Shown: positions 30,562 through 39,610 of the stretch, piece by piece
How positions within the stretch are numbered: the stretch's first letter is position 1
How the letters are laid out: each line of letters opens with the position of its first letter
Assembly (NCBI GenBank): GCA_963837955.1
Contig: CAWIPH010000002.1
Coordinates: 4,128,001-4,192,000 of the forward strand
Reading direction: 5' to 3'
Length of the DNA stretch: 64,000 nucleotides
Origin: an uncultured Verrucomicrobiae bacterium
GTDB taxonomy: Bacteria > Verrucomicrobiota > Verrucomicrobiia > Chthoniobacterales > JAFAMB01
Made by a program: the position numbers and the translations under genes
The notes under the pieces: model-generated
Database searches by the model: none
Told to the model about the DNA's origin: nothing
Seen by the model: the letters and a program-made list of their open reading frames with translations, nothing else

Positions 30562-31899
30562 CTAGCGATTTGTATCCCGGTTGGAGAATGACGTTGCCGC
30601 TACTGCCTCTTTGTCTTCCAAGTGTTCGCCGAATACCTTTTCGATTATGTCGGCGGCCACGTCCAGTCCGCGAGTCTTTGCAAGGACCTTTTGGAACCAA
30701 CGTGCTTTATCGCGATAGCTCGGATTTGCTTTTACTTTTACAATCAACTCCGATAGACGCCGCGCGGTCAAGTTACCTATTTCGACGAATTCACCAACGC
30801 CGTGATAGGCAATCCTGGCGGCAACACCGGGTTGGTCGAATCCGATGGGGATCGCCACCATTGGCACTCCCTGTGCCAACGCCTCCAGAGCTGTATTTAA
30901 CCCCGCATGGGTTATGCAAAGCGCGGCACGCTTCAGCAGCTCGATTTGTGGAGCCATGCAGACCACGATTGTATTCGACGGGATTGGTCCCAGGTCGCCG
31001 GGGCTGACGTTCCTGCCTACCGAAAGCACCACCTGCATCTCCGGAAGTTCGCCAGCCGCTTCGAGAATGGTGCTATACACATTCTTTAACCCGTTTACAA
31101 GTGTTCCCAAGGAAGCATAGATCAAGGGCTTGCCGGTTAACTTCTCCCAAGGAAAGGAAACTGGTTTCCGCCCTTCATTATCGTGAAAGGGACCCGCGTA
31201 ATGAAATTGCGGAGGTAGATGAGAAATGGGGTAATCGAACTCTTTTGGCGTTTGTGTGATCACTGCCAGTTTGGAAACAGTGGAAGCCGGGTTGCTCCAA
31301 TCAATCTCGAGTCCGTTCCGGTCGGCATAGGACTGGGCGATCGCCATTACAGGCCCTCGAATCTCGCGGACTATCTGCAGTCCCGCGACATTCCTGGCGA
31401 GAGCTTCCGGACTCGTTTCATGGAGCCAACTGTAAAGAGCGAGTGGTGTCGATCCGGAAAAATCGAAGTGGAGGACATTCCAAATCTGAACATATGGCAG
31501 ACGCAGATGCATGGGAACCATCTCAATAAGCCGGTAGGCCGTATCGAGTACCAGCGCATTCACACCGGTTTCTGCGATCTTTCCTGGCAAATGCTCCAAT
31601 GCCGCCTTAATCAGGCCAGGCGTCAATTCCCGGGCCGTGTATCGCACCACGTCCAGCCCATGCAGGTTCGCTACCCCACCCCATCTTTTGGCTATAGAAC
31701 CTGGTGGGTATTCATTTTCGCCAAACGTTACGAAGTCCAGGTCGGCTGCGCGAACAACGGGTTCAATATCCGGAACTCCAATAAACACAATTTGATGTCC
31801 TCGCGACTGCAGCTTGCGTCCAAGGGCAGTCATCGGATTCAGATGTCCCGTTAGCGGTAAACTCAGAAAGCCAATTTTCATAGTTGCTCCATCACTCAT
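30562..31899 (-). CDS. GT1-family UDP-glycosyltransferase (MGT/CrtX-like)
   Basis: GHLNP, YASLGT, APQIELL, ITHAGLNT and DQPGVAAR. Confidence 0.88.
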   Translation of the reverse strand: MSDGATMKIGFLSLPLTGHLNPMTALGRKLQSRGHQIVFIGVPDIEPVVRAADLDFVTFGENEYPPGSIAKRWGGVANLHGLDVVRYTARELTPGLIKAALEHLPGKIAETGVNALVLDTAYRLIEMVPMHLRLPYVQIWNVLHFDFSGSTPLALYSWLHETSPEALARNVAGLQIVREIRGPVMAIAQSYADRNGLEIDWSNPASTVSKLAVITQTPKEFDYPISHLPPQFHYAGPFHDNEGRKPVSFPWEKLTGKPLIYASLGTLVNGLKNVYSTILEAAGELPEMQVVLSVGRNVSPGDLGPIPSNTIVVCMAPQIELLKRAALCITHAGLNTALEALAQGVPMVAIPIGFDQPGVAARIAYHGVGEFVEIGNLTARRLSELIVKVKANPSYRDKARWFQKVLAKTRGLDVAADIIEKVFGEHLEDKEAVAATSFSNRDTNR

Positions 31900-32135
31900 T
31901 CCGTGAACCGTCTTTCGAGCGATAAAGACAGTCTCTTTATACGGCTTTTGCTCCCGGCGGATTTGGCCATGCAGCGTTCTCTTAGGGCCCGGAACGGCGT
32001 CAATTCATGAAAGCGAAAAGCTCGTGCTGAGCTTATCTAAACCGCCGATTGGTGTGCCGAATTTTCTGGTCATGCTCCCTCCAGTGAGTAGGGCCGTTTA
32101 ATTTGAAGTTTCATGTTCAGCGTGTTGATCGAGAA

Positions 32136-32483
32136 TCAGGGCGTTGCCGTGTCGTGTTTGGCTTCCCAATTACGCATTTCCTCTACCAGTTTTTGATAGA
32201 TGCGACCGACGGCTTCCGCTGGCATTGGACCTCCCTGGGCAAGTTCTTGAGCCTTCGCTACTACCTGTTGCTCCCGGCTTGGAACAGTTATTGGCAGATG
32301 CGCTTCGCGCTTGATGTTGCCTACCTCCTCAACCACTCGAGCCCGCTGTTGAACTAGCTCAACAATACGCTGGTCAAGCGAATCAATTTGTTGACGACAT
32401 GCATCAAGTTGCTCCTGGGTACCAGCGTTCGCATCTAGCGAAAACAGTGTCATAACAACTAAGACTAAGGGTGCAGTTTTCAT
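32136..32483 (-). CDS. AroQ-type chorismate mutase with signal peptide
   Basis: RQQIDSLDQRIVELVQQR..VGNIK..REQQV catalytic pattern after MKTAPLVLVVMTLFSLDANA. Confidence 0.85.
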   Translation of the reverse strand: MKTAPLVLVVMTLFSLDANAGTQEQLDACRQQIDSLDQRIVELVQQRARVVEEVGNIKREAHLPITVPSREQQVVAKAQELAQGGPMPAEAVGRIYQKLVEEMRNWEAKHDTATP

Positions 32484-32511
32484 GTTATTCCGGACCGCGG
32501 ACGCGTGAGGT

Positions 32512-32575
32512 AGTAGACACCAGGTTTTAAGAGATCGGCTTTTTTTGTCCGAATTGTCGTAGTCGTCGTCCGAAC
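32512..32575 (-). promoter_or_regulatory. Direct-repeat promoter motif copy A (putative LytTR box), upstream of chorismate mutase
   Basis: GTCCGAA at 32547 and 32568 (21-bp period); AGTAGA (TCTACT on -) at 32512-32517. Confidence 0.7.
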
Positions 32576-32680
32576 CACCATCTCCGGTGGTTAATAGCGG
32601 TCCCGCTCCAAAGAGCGGTAGCTAGACCGATGGCTGTCACATGCGTGCTGTAAGCCGCTCCAGTGATTTCATGGAGGGAG

Positions 32681-33964
32681 CTAACTTTGCATCTTAGCGG
32701 ACGCCAACGGACCCGGGCTCATCGTAATGCCTTCCAGCGACCTCCCCGCAACCTCGCCCGGTGCTCGTAGGGGAATGCGCACAGTGACTGTTGTGCCCTG
32801 TTCAACCTCGCTATACACGTCCAGTCGAAACGAGCGGTCGAACAGTCCTTGCAGCCGCCGGCGCAACAGTTCCAATGCATGCACCTGCGGACGCGCCGCA
32901 AAGAAAACTCTTTCGACTTCGGCCAAGGGGACGCCTTGCCCGTCGTCACTCACGCTCATCTCGAGCCACTGACCTACCTGACGGACCGCAAGGCGCAGAC
33001 GCCCGGCCTTCGGTGAGGATTGCAGTCCGTGTTGCACCGCGTTCTCTACTAACGGTTGGAGCGAGAAAGGCGGCGTTAAAGCTTCGGTCAATCCCGGATC
33101 GATCACTTCTTCAACTTTCAATCGGTTACCAAGCCGGAGCGACTCGATATCGAGATAAGCGCGGACCACAGCCAGCTCTTCCCTCATCGGAACTAACACT
33201 CGTTCGTGTTGCTCGAAGCTGGCACGCAGAAAATGGCGTAACCGCCCTGCCGCACGTGGGATTTCCCGGGGTGCAAACGTTGCAAGCGCCGACAGCGCAT
33301 TCAGAGCGTTGAAAAGGAAATGCGGATTCATGCGGGCCTGCAGAGCGCGCACCTCAGCCGAGACCGCCGCTCGTGATTGCTGGTCGCGGTCGCGTACGTG
33401 CGCAACAATCGCCAGGATTAATGCTGTGCCCAACCCTTGCAGCACCGGGGCTACTCCCATCTGCTCGAATATCTGCTGGCCGGTCCGTGGACCGGGAGCG
33501 AATAAGATGGTCAGGCCCGCGCGCAGCCACGACACGGTCAGGGTCAAGCAAAATCCCGTCACCGGGCGTTCCGCCAACCCAGGGCGCCACCGGTACAGCC
33601 ACCCACCGGCTAGACCGGCGCACAACATCGAGACACCGATGGACCCGAGTGGGAGGCCGTCATATTTGACCGCCAGCCAAGTTACAAACGCGCTCACCGT
33701 CACCCCCACCCAAGGGCCTGCCAGCAGACCAGCCGCGCACACCGCCACGATTCGCTCGTTGAGCCAGCCACTGTGCGAAACACTCGCTTCCTCGACCAAC
33801 CCGAGAACCAGGAACACGAGCAAGGCGGTTCCTCGGTCGCGCATCGATAGCAGAGAGCGCTCCCGTAGTCTCAAGCCCGGCACGAAGGTGAGCACGAACG
33901 CGGCTGTTACCAGTACACAAATTTCATTAAAGAGACTAGTCATCGCGGGAAGTCTGGGGGTCAT
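32681..33964 (-). CDS. LytS-family membrane sensor histidine kinase (orphan)
   Basis: 5TM-LYT-like hydrophobic N-terminus; H-box LQARMNPHFLFNALN, LQPLVENAVQHG, DDGQG and GTTVTVRIP. Confidence 0.9.
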   Translation of the reverse strand: MTPRLPAMTSLFNEICVLVTAAFVLTFVPGLRLRERSLLSMRDRGTALLVFLVLGLVEEASVSHSGWLNERIVAVCAAGLLAGPWVGVTVSAFVTWLAVKYDGLPLGSIGVSMLCAGLAGGWLYRWRPGLAERPVTGFCLTLTVSWLRAGLTILFAPGPRTGQQIFEQMGVAPVLQGLGTALILAIVAHVRDRDQQSRAAVSAEVRALQARMNPHFLFNALNALSALATFAPREIPRAAGRLRHFLRASFEQHERVLVPMREELAVVRAYLDIESLRLGNRLKVEEVIDPGLTEALTPPFSLQPLVENAVQHGLQSSPKAGRLRLAVRQVGQWLEMSVSDDGQGVPLAEVERVFFAARPQVHALELLRRRLQGLFDRSFRLDVYSEVEQGTTVTVRIPLRAPGEVAGRSLEGITMSPGPLASAKMQS

Positions 33965-34136
33965 TCACGAAGCTGGGACGCCACCACTAGGGCTCGATGA
34001 ACTCTCGTTAGGATCAGCGTTCCGTTGCGAGATGAGCCTCGGGTTTTGTCGAATAATCTCCGTGTTGAAAGGTGGATTCGTTTTCTAAGTAGCAAGCGAA
34101 GCCCTTCTCGTGTCGCTCACTAAGTTTCCGAAAAGG

Positions 34137-34200
34137 AATAGACGTCAGGATTTTGGAGACTGACCATTTTTGTCCGAATTGCCGTATTTGCCGTCTGAAT
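34137..34200 (-). promoter_or_regulatory. Direct-repeat promoter motif copy B, upstream of the LytS kinase
   Basis: GTCCGAAT at 34172 and GTCTGAAT at 34193; AATAGA at 34137-34142. Confidence 0.7.
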
Positions 34201-34413
34201 GGCGCCCTCAGCTGCTGCTGGTCGGTTATCTCGGCAACAGCGGGTACGGACTTAGTCTTTGAACTTCATTTATCAGGCCCGGCTAGCTGCTCGGGCTTGC
34301 GAGCGGTAGTGACAAGCTGATTACGTGATTCGAGCACTGCTTGCGCAAGATGACGGCCAAGGCACGCCGGAGCTTCCGGTTATAAACCAAGCTTTGGACA
34401 CACGCCTTGCCAG

Positions 34414-35361
34414 CTATTGGCGCCGAGCCGCGGCTTGCTCCTCAATAGGCCACCCCACCCTGGTCAGCTTCTCCGATACCTCCCACAGCTTCTGGGCCAC
34501 GGTTTCATCCTTTGCCTGCGGAGCCACATACGCCGGCGCCACCGGTCCCTTCAACTCATAGAAGCCATTCGGTCCGTAGTACCCCGTCGGTTCGGCCTCC
34601 GATGACGTTGCTCCAAAGAACGTCGGCAGCGCTCCGTCCGCCGCTGAGTGGCTCAGCGGTTGCAGCACCTTGGCCAGGATTCCCCGCAGTCCCTTTGTTC
34701 CCGGCCCGTTCTCAATCAGGTCGGTCCGGGCATATCCCGGATGCGCTGCGTTGCTCATCAATCCCCATCCGTACGCATCGCTCAACCTCTGCAACTCAAA
34801 AGTGAACAGCAGGTTTGCCAGCTTCGACTGCTGATACGCGGGCCACGGCTTGTAACTGCGCTCCGCGTTCAGATTGTCGAAGTCAATCTTCCCTCCGCGA
34901 TGTGCCAGACTACTCACGTTCACTACCCGCGCCGACTGTGCGCTTCTCAGCAGAGGCAACAATAGACCCGTCAGAGCGAAGTGGCTGAGGTGGTTCGTCC
35001 CGAACTGCATTTCAAACCCATCCGAGGTCAACCGTTTCGTCGGCAGATCCATCACCCCTGCGTTATTAATTAGCAGATCCAGCGGCCTCCCTTTCGCAAC
35101 CATCTCCTCCACGAACGCTCCTACCGACGCCAGGCTCGCCAGATCTAGCAACTCGAAACGCACCTTCGCCGCAGGCAGTGAGCCGATGATCCTCTCCACG
35201 GCCATACGCCCCTTCTCTCGGTTTCGTCCGGCCAGCACCACCTCGGCTCCCGCATTCGCCAGTCCAACCGCCGTCTCAAATCCAAGCCCACCGGTTGCGC
35301 CTGTGACGATTGCTAGCTTTCCGGTCTGCGGGGGGACGTCTTTCACTGTCCATTTCTCCAT
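34414..35361 (-). CDS. SDR oxidoreductase (retinol dehydrogenase-like)
   Basis: TGATGGLG, NNAGVM, FGTNHL, YQQSK and AHPG. Confidence 0.92.
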   Translation of the reverse strand: MEKWTVKDVPPQTGKLAIVTGATGGLGFETAVGLANAGAEVVLAGRNREKGRMAVERIIGSLPAAKVRFELLDLASLASVGAFVEEMVAKGRPLDLLINNAGVMDLPTKRLTSDGFEMQFGTNHLSHFALTGLLLPLLRSAQSARVVNVSSLAHRGGKIDFDNLNAERSYKPWPAYQQSKLANLLFTFELQRLSDAYGWGLMSNAAHPGYARTDLIENGPGTKGLRGILAKVLQPLSHSAADGALPTFFGATSSEAEPTGYYGPNGFYELKGPVAPAYVAPQAKDETVAQKLWEVSEKLTRVGWPIEEQAAARRQ

Positions 35362-35436
35362 ATCAAATCTCCGTTTCTGCCTTGTTCAAGTTAATGAGTG
35401 AGTAGACACGCATATATGACTCAATAAAAATAAATC

Positions 35437-36012
35437 CTACTTTTTCTTGATGATCCCCGCCCACAGCACCGCAAAACCCAATTGCCGATATTTGTCTGCC
35501 GCCTTGGGGTTGGATGCCATAAATTCCATTGTCGTCTCCGCCAGCGCCCGCATCACCGCCGCGACAAATTCTTGGGGCAGATCCTGAAAGACGTGTTGGG
35601 TAATGGCATCCTGAGCCATTGTTTGAATTTCCAGGAATGGTGCTGAACCTGCCCTTTTGGATTCCAAACTCAGCCTGTCTGAGACTTCCAGCTGGGCCAG
35701 GACTTTGCGTTGCTCTGGATTGGCTACTCCCCAATTCACGAAACCGTCCCAGATATGCTGCAGTCTATGGCGAACGCTCTTCTTCCGTGGGAACCCCGAC
35801 ATCATAGCATCCGCCAGTTCCAGTTTGATTTGCCGATAAAGCTCATTCACGAGATCGTCCTTGGTTTTGAAGTAGGTAAACAGGGTTCCTTCCGCCACAC
35901 CGCCCGCCTTCGAGATCGCCGAGGTCGCAGCACCAAGTCCCCGCTCGGCGAAGACCCGAGTCGCCGCCGAGAGGATCGCGTTGCGTTTGTCTTCACTTTT
36001 GGGCCGGGCCAT
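35437..36012 (-). CDS. TetR/AcrR-family regulator
   Basis: MARPKSEDKR..GVAEGTLFTYFKTKDDL HTH. Confidence 0.92.
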   Translation of the reverse strand: MARPKSEDKRNAILSAATRVFAERGLGAATSAISKAGGVAEGTLFTYFKTKDDLVNELYRQIKLELADAMMSGFPRKKSVRHRLQHIWDGFVNWGVANPEQRKVLAQLEVSDRLSLESKRAGSAPFLEIQTMAQDAITQHVFQDLPQEFVAAVMRALAETTMEFMASNPKAADKYRQLGFAVLWAGIIKKK

Positions 36013-36024
36013 TTCTCAACACTG

Positions 36025-36056
36025 CAATAAATGAGCAAATACTCATTTATTGTCAA
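36025..36056 (-). promoter_or_regulatory. Palindromic TetR operator next to a TTGACA -35 box
   Basis: CAATAAATGAG-N6-CTCATTTATTG (36025-36052); TGTCAA at 36051-36056 reads TTGACA on -. Confidence 0.75.
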
Positions 36057-36181
36057 GCAGGCAGAGAAGAAAATCTGCACAAGAGCAGCATGAGCCCCTA
36101 AAAATCAACGCCACGTACCGTCTATTTTCGTGGTCGAATTTTCTTATTGAAAAAGATTATATAGAAACAAAGAGGTTACGG

Positions 36182-36667
36182 ATGGGACAAATAGAAGAAC
36201 GGTTGAATGCGCTTGGTCTAATGTTGCCACCACCGATCGTTCCACCTCCGGGAGTGATTTTTCCCTTCAACTTTATTCGCATTCTTGGACGGCGAGCGAT
36301 TATTTCCGGCCATGGGCCGCAGAATGCCGATGGATCGCTCGCGGCGCCGTTTGGCAAGCTAGGCCGAGAATTGACCACTGAACAAGGTTATCTTTCCGCG
36401 CGTCTCACTGCCCTGTCTATCTTAGGTAGTCTTAAGCGCTCGTTGGGCGACCTCGATCGGATTGTCGCTTGGGGACGCGTGTTTGGAATGGTCAACTCCG
36501 CGCCCGGCTTTACGAAGCAACCAAGCGTTATAAACGGGTTTTCCGATCTCGTTCTCGAGCTATACGGCGCTGATGTCGGCGCGCATTCCAGAAGTGCGGT
36601 AGGGATGGCTGAGCTTCCATTCGATATTCCCGTCGAGATCGAGGGTGAGGTCGAATTTATGCCCTAG
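36182..36667 (+). CDS. RidA/YjgF-family protein
   Basis: ISGHGP, GMVNS, VINGFSD and HSRSAVGMAELPFDIPVEIE. Confidence 0.88.
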   Translation: MGQIEERLNALGLMLPPPIVPPPGVIFPFNFIRILGRRAIISGHGPQNADGSLAAPFGKLGRELTTEQGYLSARLTALSILGSLKRSLGDLDRIVAWGRVFGMVNSAPGFTKQPSVINGFSDLVLELYGADVGAHSRSAVGMAELPFDIPVEIEGEVEFMP

Positions 36668-36709
36668 ATTTCGAGGGCCTCGTGCGCTTTCGCCCGTCCG
36701 CCAGGTGCA

Positions 36710-37702
36710 TTACCGCTGCGTCGTTCTCCATCCGCGAGGTGGCTTTCCTTCCCATTCATGAAAAGCGCGGAAAAAGGAACTTGGATCTTCGTAGCTGAGG
36801 AGGTAGGCGATCTCGCTGACGCCGAGCGACGGTTCCCGGAGATAGTACCGCGCCAATTCCCGGCGGGCGTCGTTCAGGAGCTGTCGATAGCTAGTGCCCT
36901 CGTCCGTAATGCGGCGTTGTAAGGTTCGACTGCTCATGCCCAATTCCTTTGCCACCTCCCTAATTTCGGGACGCGGGCCGCCCAACAGGCGTTTCAAGAC
37001 CCACTTGACTTGGTCGGCGCACGATTGCTTTTTCTTGCGCTGCTCCAATTGCTGATCAAGTTGCGGCGTCAACATCTCGAGCAACGCGGCGTTAAAGCTA
37101 ACGAAGGGCAAGTCGAGATCGCTGCTGCGGAAAATAATGGCGTCCCGCTTTGCCTTGAATTTGACCGGGCAGCCAAAGGCTGCCTCGTACGTCTCCCAGT
37201 GCTGGGGACTTCGACTTAACTCCAACCGTAGCGGTCGCAGTAGCGGCTTTTGCGTACCTCGCCTCCCCATTTCCAGCGACGCCATGAACGCAACATCCAG
37301 CAGCAGCGGCGGCGGCGTTTCCCGGCTCAGAATCCAGTTAAACTCGAGGCTGCATGCTCCCTTGGCCTCGTGGAATTTCATTTCCTCGAAGCAGCAGAGA
37401 ATTTTGTAGCGCGCAAAACGTTGCAGCGCGTCGCGGAAAGTCCGGGCATGGTAGGCCGCGATGATTGCCGGGTGATACTGCTCCACCGGAATCAGACCCG
37501 GCAGCTTCAGCCCGATGGCGGGATCCTCATGGAGTTCGCGTACCGTGCGCCACAGCCTGAAGTATTGCTCCGTCGTCACCATTCCCTTTCCGGCTGTCCA
37601 AAGGTTCAGGGGAAGGCCGCTCTTGCGGAGCAACACCGCGAGATCAATGCCTATGGCTTTCAACCCGGCCTGAAGGGCGCTCGAAAGCTTGAACGTATTC
37701 AT
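36710..37702 (-). CDS. AraC-family regulator (OruR-like)
   Basis: FGCPVKF, VAKELGMSSRTLQRR and EIAYLLSYEDPSSFFRAF; likely ATG 37702. Confidence 0.9.
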   Translation of the reverse strand: MNTFKLSSALQAGLKAIGIDLAVLLRKSGLPLNLWTAGKGMVTTEQYFRLWRTVRELHEDPAIGLKLPGLIPVEQYHPAIIAAYHARTFRDALQRFARYKILCCFEEMKFHEAKGACSLEFNWILSRETPPPLLLDVAFMASLEMGRRGTQKPLLRPLRLELSRSPQHWETYEAAFGCPVKFKAKRDAIIFRSSDLDLPFVSFNAALLEMLTPQLDQQLEQRKKKQSCADQVKWVLKRLLGGPRPEIREVAKELGMSSRTLQRRITDEGTSYRQLLNDARRELARYYLREPSLGVSEIAYLLSYEDPSSFFRAFHEWEGKPPRGWRTTQR

Positions 37703-37733
37703 GCCAGGTTGAATGTAGCGCTGATCAGCGCGC

Positions 37734-38621
37734 CTACGCTGATTTTCCGTCCAAGGCATCCAGGACCGCGTGACCGGTATTGGAGACCGTAAGGCCGTCA
37801 AAGTCGGTCGACTCGGTGAATTCAGCCCAGCTCTCAAGTTCCTCGGCGCTCGTCTTGTAACCGTTGCGAAGGAAGGCCATCGCGTCGTTGCCCAGGGGAA
37901 GGCGAAGGGGAGGTTCCGCGATCGCAGTGATTCTCAGAATGGCCGCCGCTGCCTTGCGAGGGTCGCCGGGCTGCTGGCCCGCATGCTTCGCCATGTAATC
38001 TCGCATTACACCCACGGTCGGGGCGTAGGCCTCGATTGGCCTGGCATAGGCCATCGACGCGCCCGCCCAATCGGTGCGAAAACCACCTGGCTCCACGATG
38101 GTCAGCTTGAGACCGAGAGGTTTGATTTCCTGGGCCAGAGACTCACTGAGCCCCTCCACCGCGAACTTGGCGGCGTGGTAACCTGACACGCCAGGAACCG
38201 CGATCCGGCCTCCAATGGAGGTGATTTGGATGATGTGACCGCTGCCTTGTTTGCGCAGGAGCGGAAGAACCGCACGAGTCACATGCACGACGCCCCAGAA
38301 ATTGGTGTCGATTTGCCCCTTGAATTGGTCAGGGGTCATTTCCTCGAACGCGCCGGTAAAGCCATACCCGGCATTGTTCACCACCACATCGATCCGAGCG
38401 AAAGCCTCCACGGCTATTGCGACTGCTTTCTTCACATCGTCAGGCGAGGTAACGTCCAATTTAACTGCGCGAATCTTATCGCCATGGACTTTAGCCAGAT
38501 CAGCCAGATCCTCGGGATTCCGCGCAGTCGCCACAACCTTGTCGCCTGCGGCAAGAACGGTTTCGACCAACGCACGACCCAATCCGCGCGAACTTCCCGT
38601 AACAAACCAGATTTTAGTCAT
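37734..38621 (-). CDS. SDR oxidoreductase
   Basis: TGSSRGLG, NNAGYG, YHAAK and EPGGFRTDW. Confidence 0.92.
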   Translation of the reverse strand: MTKIWFVTGSSRGLGRALVETVLAAGDKVVATARNPEDLADLAKVHGDKIRAVKLDVTSPDDVKKAVAIAVEAFARIDVVVNNAGYGFTGAFEEMTPDQFKGQIDTNFWGVVHVTRAVLPLLRKQGSGHIIQITSIGGRIAVPGVSGYHAAKFAVEGLSESLAQEIKPLGLKLTIVEPGGFRTDWAGASMAYARPIEAYAPTVGVMRDYMAKHAGQQPGDPRKAAAAILRITAIAEPPLRLPLGNDAMAFLRNGYKTSAEELESWAEFTESTDFDGLTVSNTGHAVLDALDGKSA

Positions 38622-38695
38622 GATATTCTAGAGTTTAGAGGTCCGGCTCACTGTTCATCCGGGAGCAAGACTCTCGTACTCTAGTGCGATCAACT

Positions 38696-38742
38696 CGCCA
38701 GGGAAGTGGCTATAGACGCCAAATATATTGCAGAATGCGCCA
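38696..38742 (-). promoter_or_regulatory. Three TGGCG direct repeats at 21-bp period, putative AraC sites
   Basis: CGCCA at 38696, 38717 and 38738, upstream of the SDR-AraC pair. Confidence 0.55.
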
Positions 38743-38987
38743 CAATGACGAGCGTCTAGCTATACCCGTTAACACCCCCAGGCCTTAAGTCCGCGAAGCC
38801 GCGTCGTAGCATCGTTTGTGATTATGAGATATTCACGTGGGGCCCATGGGACTCATGAGTCGCATGTGACTTATAAGTCGCATGTGCAAACGAAGGTGCG
38901 TCCTGAAACCTGCTCGCTGCCTACATCCTTGAGCGGCACCAGCTAAAAAACAGAAATACCACCCAACAGATCTTCTTTCGGGCGGAT

Positions 38988-39302
38988 TTATTGATAAAGG
39001 TATTTTCGCGAGGAAGTCGGCCACTTTCCCAAAGTGAAATCCGGATGGACACCTATGGGAATAGGCCCGGGAGGCTGGCCTGTCAGCTTGCGATGGCTTA
39101 CCTTCTCTAAGCTGCCATTCGTTTCCTTTTGCTCGTCCGGGCGATTATTCTGCAGGCGATCTACCTCGAGCGCATGAATTCCATACGCAGATAGTAAGGC
39201 GCACGCATCCGCTTCAGTGAATCGGAAGAACAGCAGGAAATTTCGAACTATGCTTCGGACAGAGATCAAAAAGACGGAATTCAGAAGGCGCGTTGTTTTC
39301 AT
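38988..39302 (-). CDS. Small hypothetical protein (paralog 1)
   Basis: Shares FLISVRSI, VDRLQNNR and PGPIxIGVHPD with 41759-42112; same AATAAAGTARCTATG start context. Confidence 0.65.
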   Translation of the reverse strand: MKTTRLLNSVFLISVRSIVRNFLLFFRFTEADACALLSAYGIHALEVDRLQNNRPDEQKETNGSLEKVSHRKLTGQPPGPIPIGVHPDFTLGKWPTSSRKYLYQ

Positions 39303-39539
39303 AGTTACTTTATTCCAAATGTCGCGAAGCTTGATTTTTGTTCGATTGGTGAGGAGAACCCGCGGGCTTCCCGCCAATAGACAGGAGGATTTGAAAGACC
39401 TGCTCTTTCTGGTCCCAGTCGCCGCAATCGCTGTCCGGACTGCCGGCAGCCGCAGTCGAAAACTTCCGATCTATCCGCTACGAGTAAGCGCGTAGCGAAG
39501 TTGATTGCGATTGGTGGTCCGCACACACGAGTTCGCAGT

Positions 39540-39606
39540 AATAGAGCGCCACGATTTCAGAGACCGGGGCCGTTTTTGTCCGAATTGTCCGAATCGTTGT
39601 TTCGGC
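39540..39606 (-). promoter_or_regulatory. Direct-repeat promoter motif copy C
   Basis: TTTTTGTCCGAATTGTCCGAATCGTTGT (core G at 39578 and 39599); AATAGA at 39540-39545. Confidence 0.65.
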
Positions 39607-39610
39607 TTCC

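Noticed and set aside
33309..34088. Long antisense ORFs opposite the kinases (also 40470-41237 and 43992-44838)
   Set aside because: Shadow frames of GC-rich coding DNA; they resemble each other only because the kinases are paralogs.
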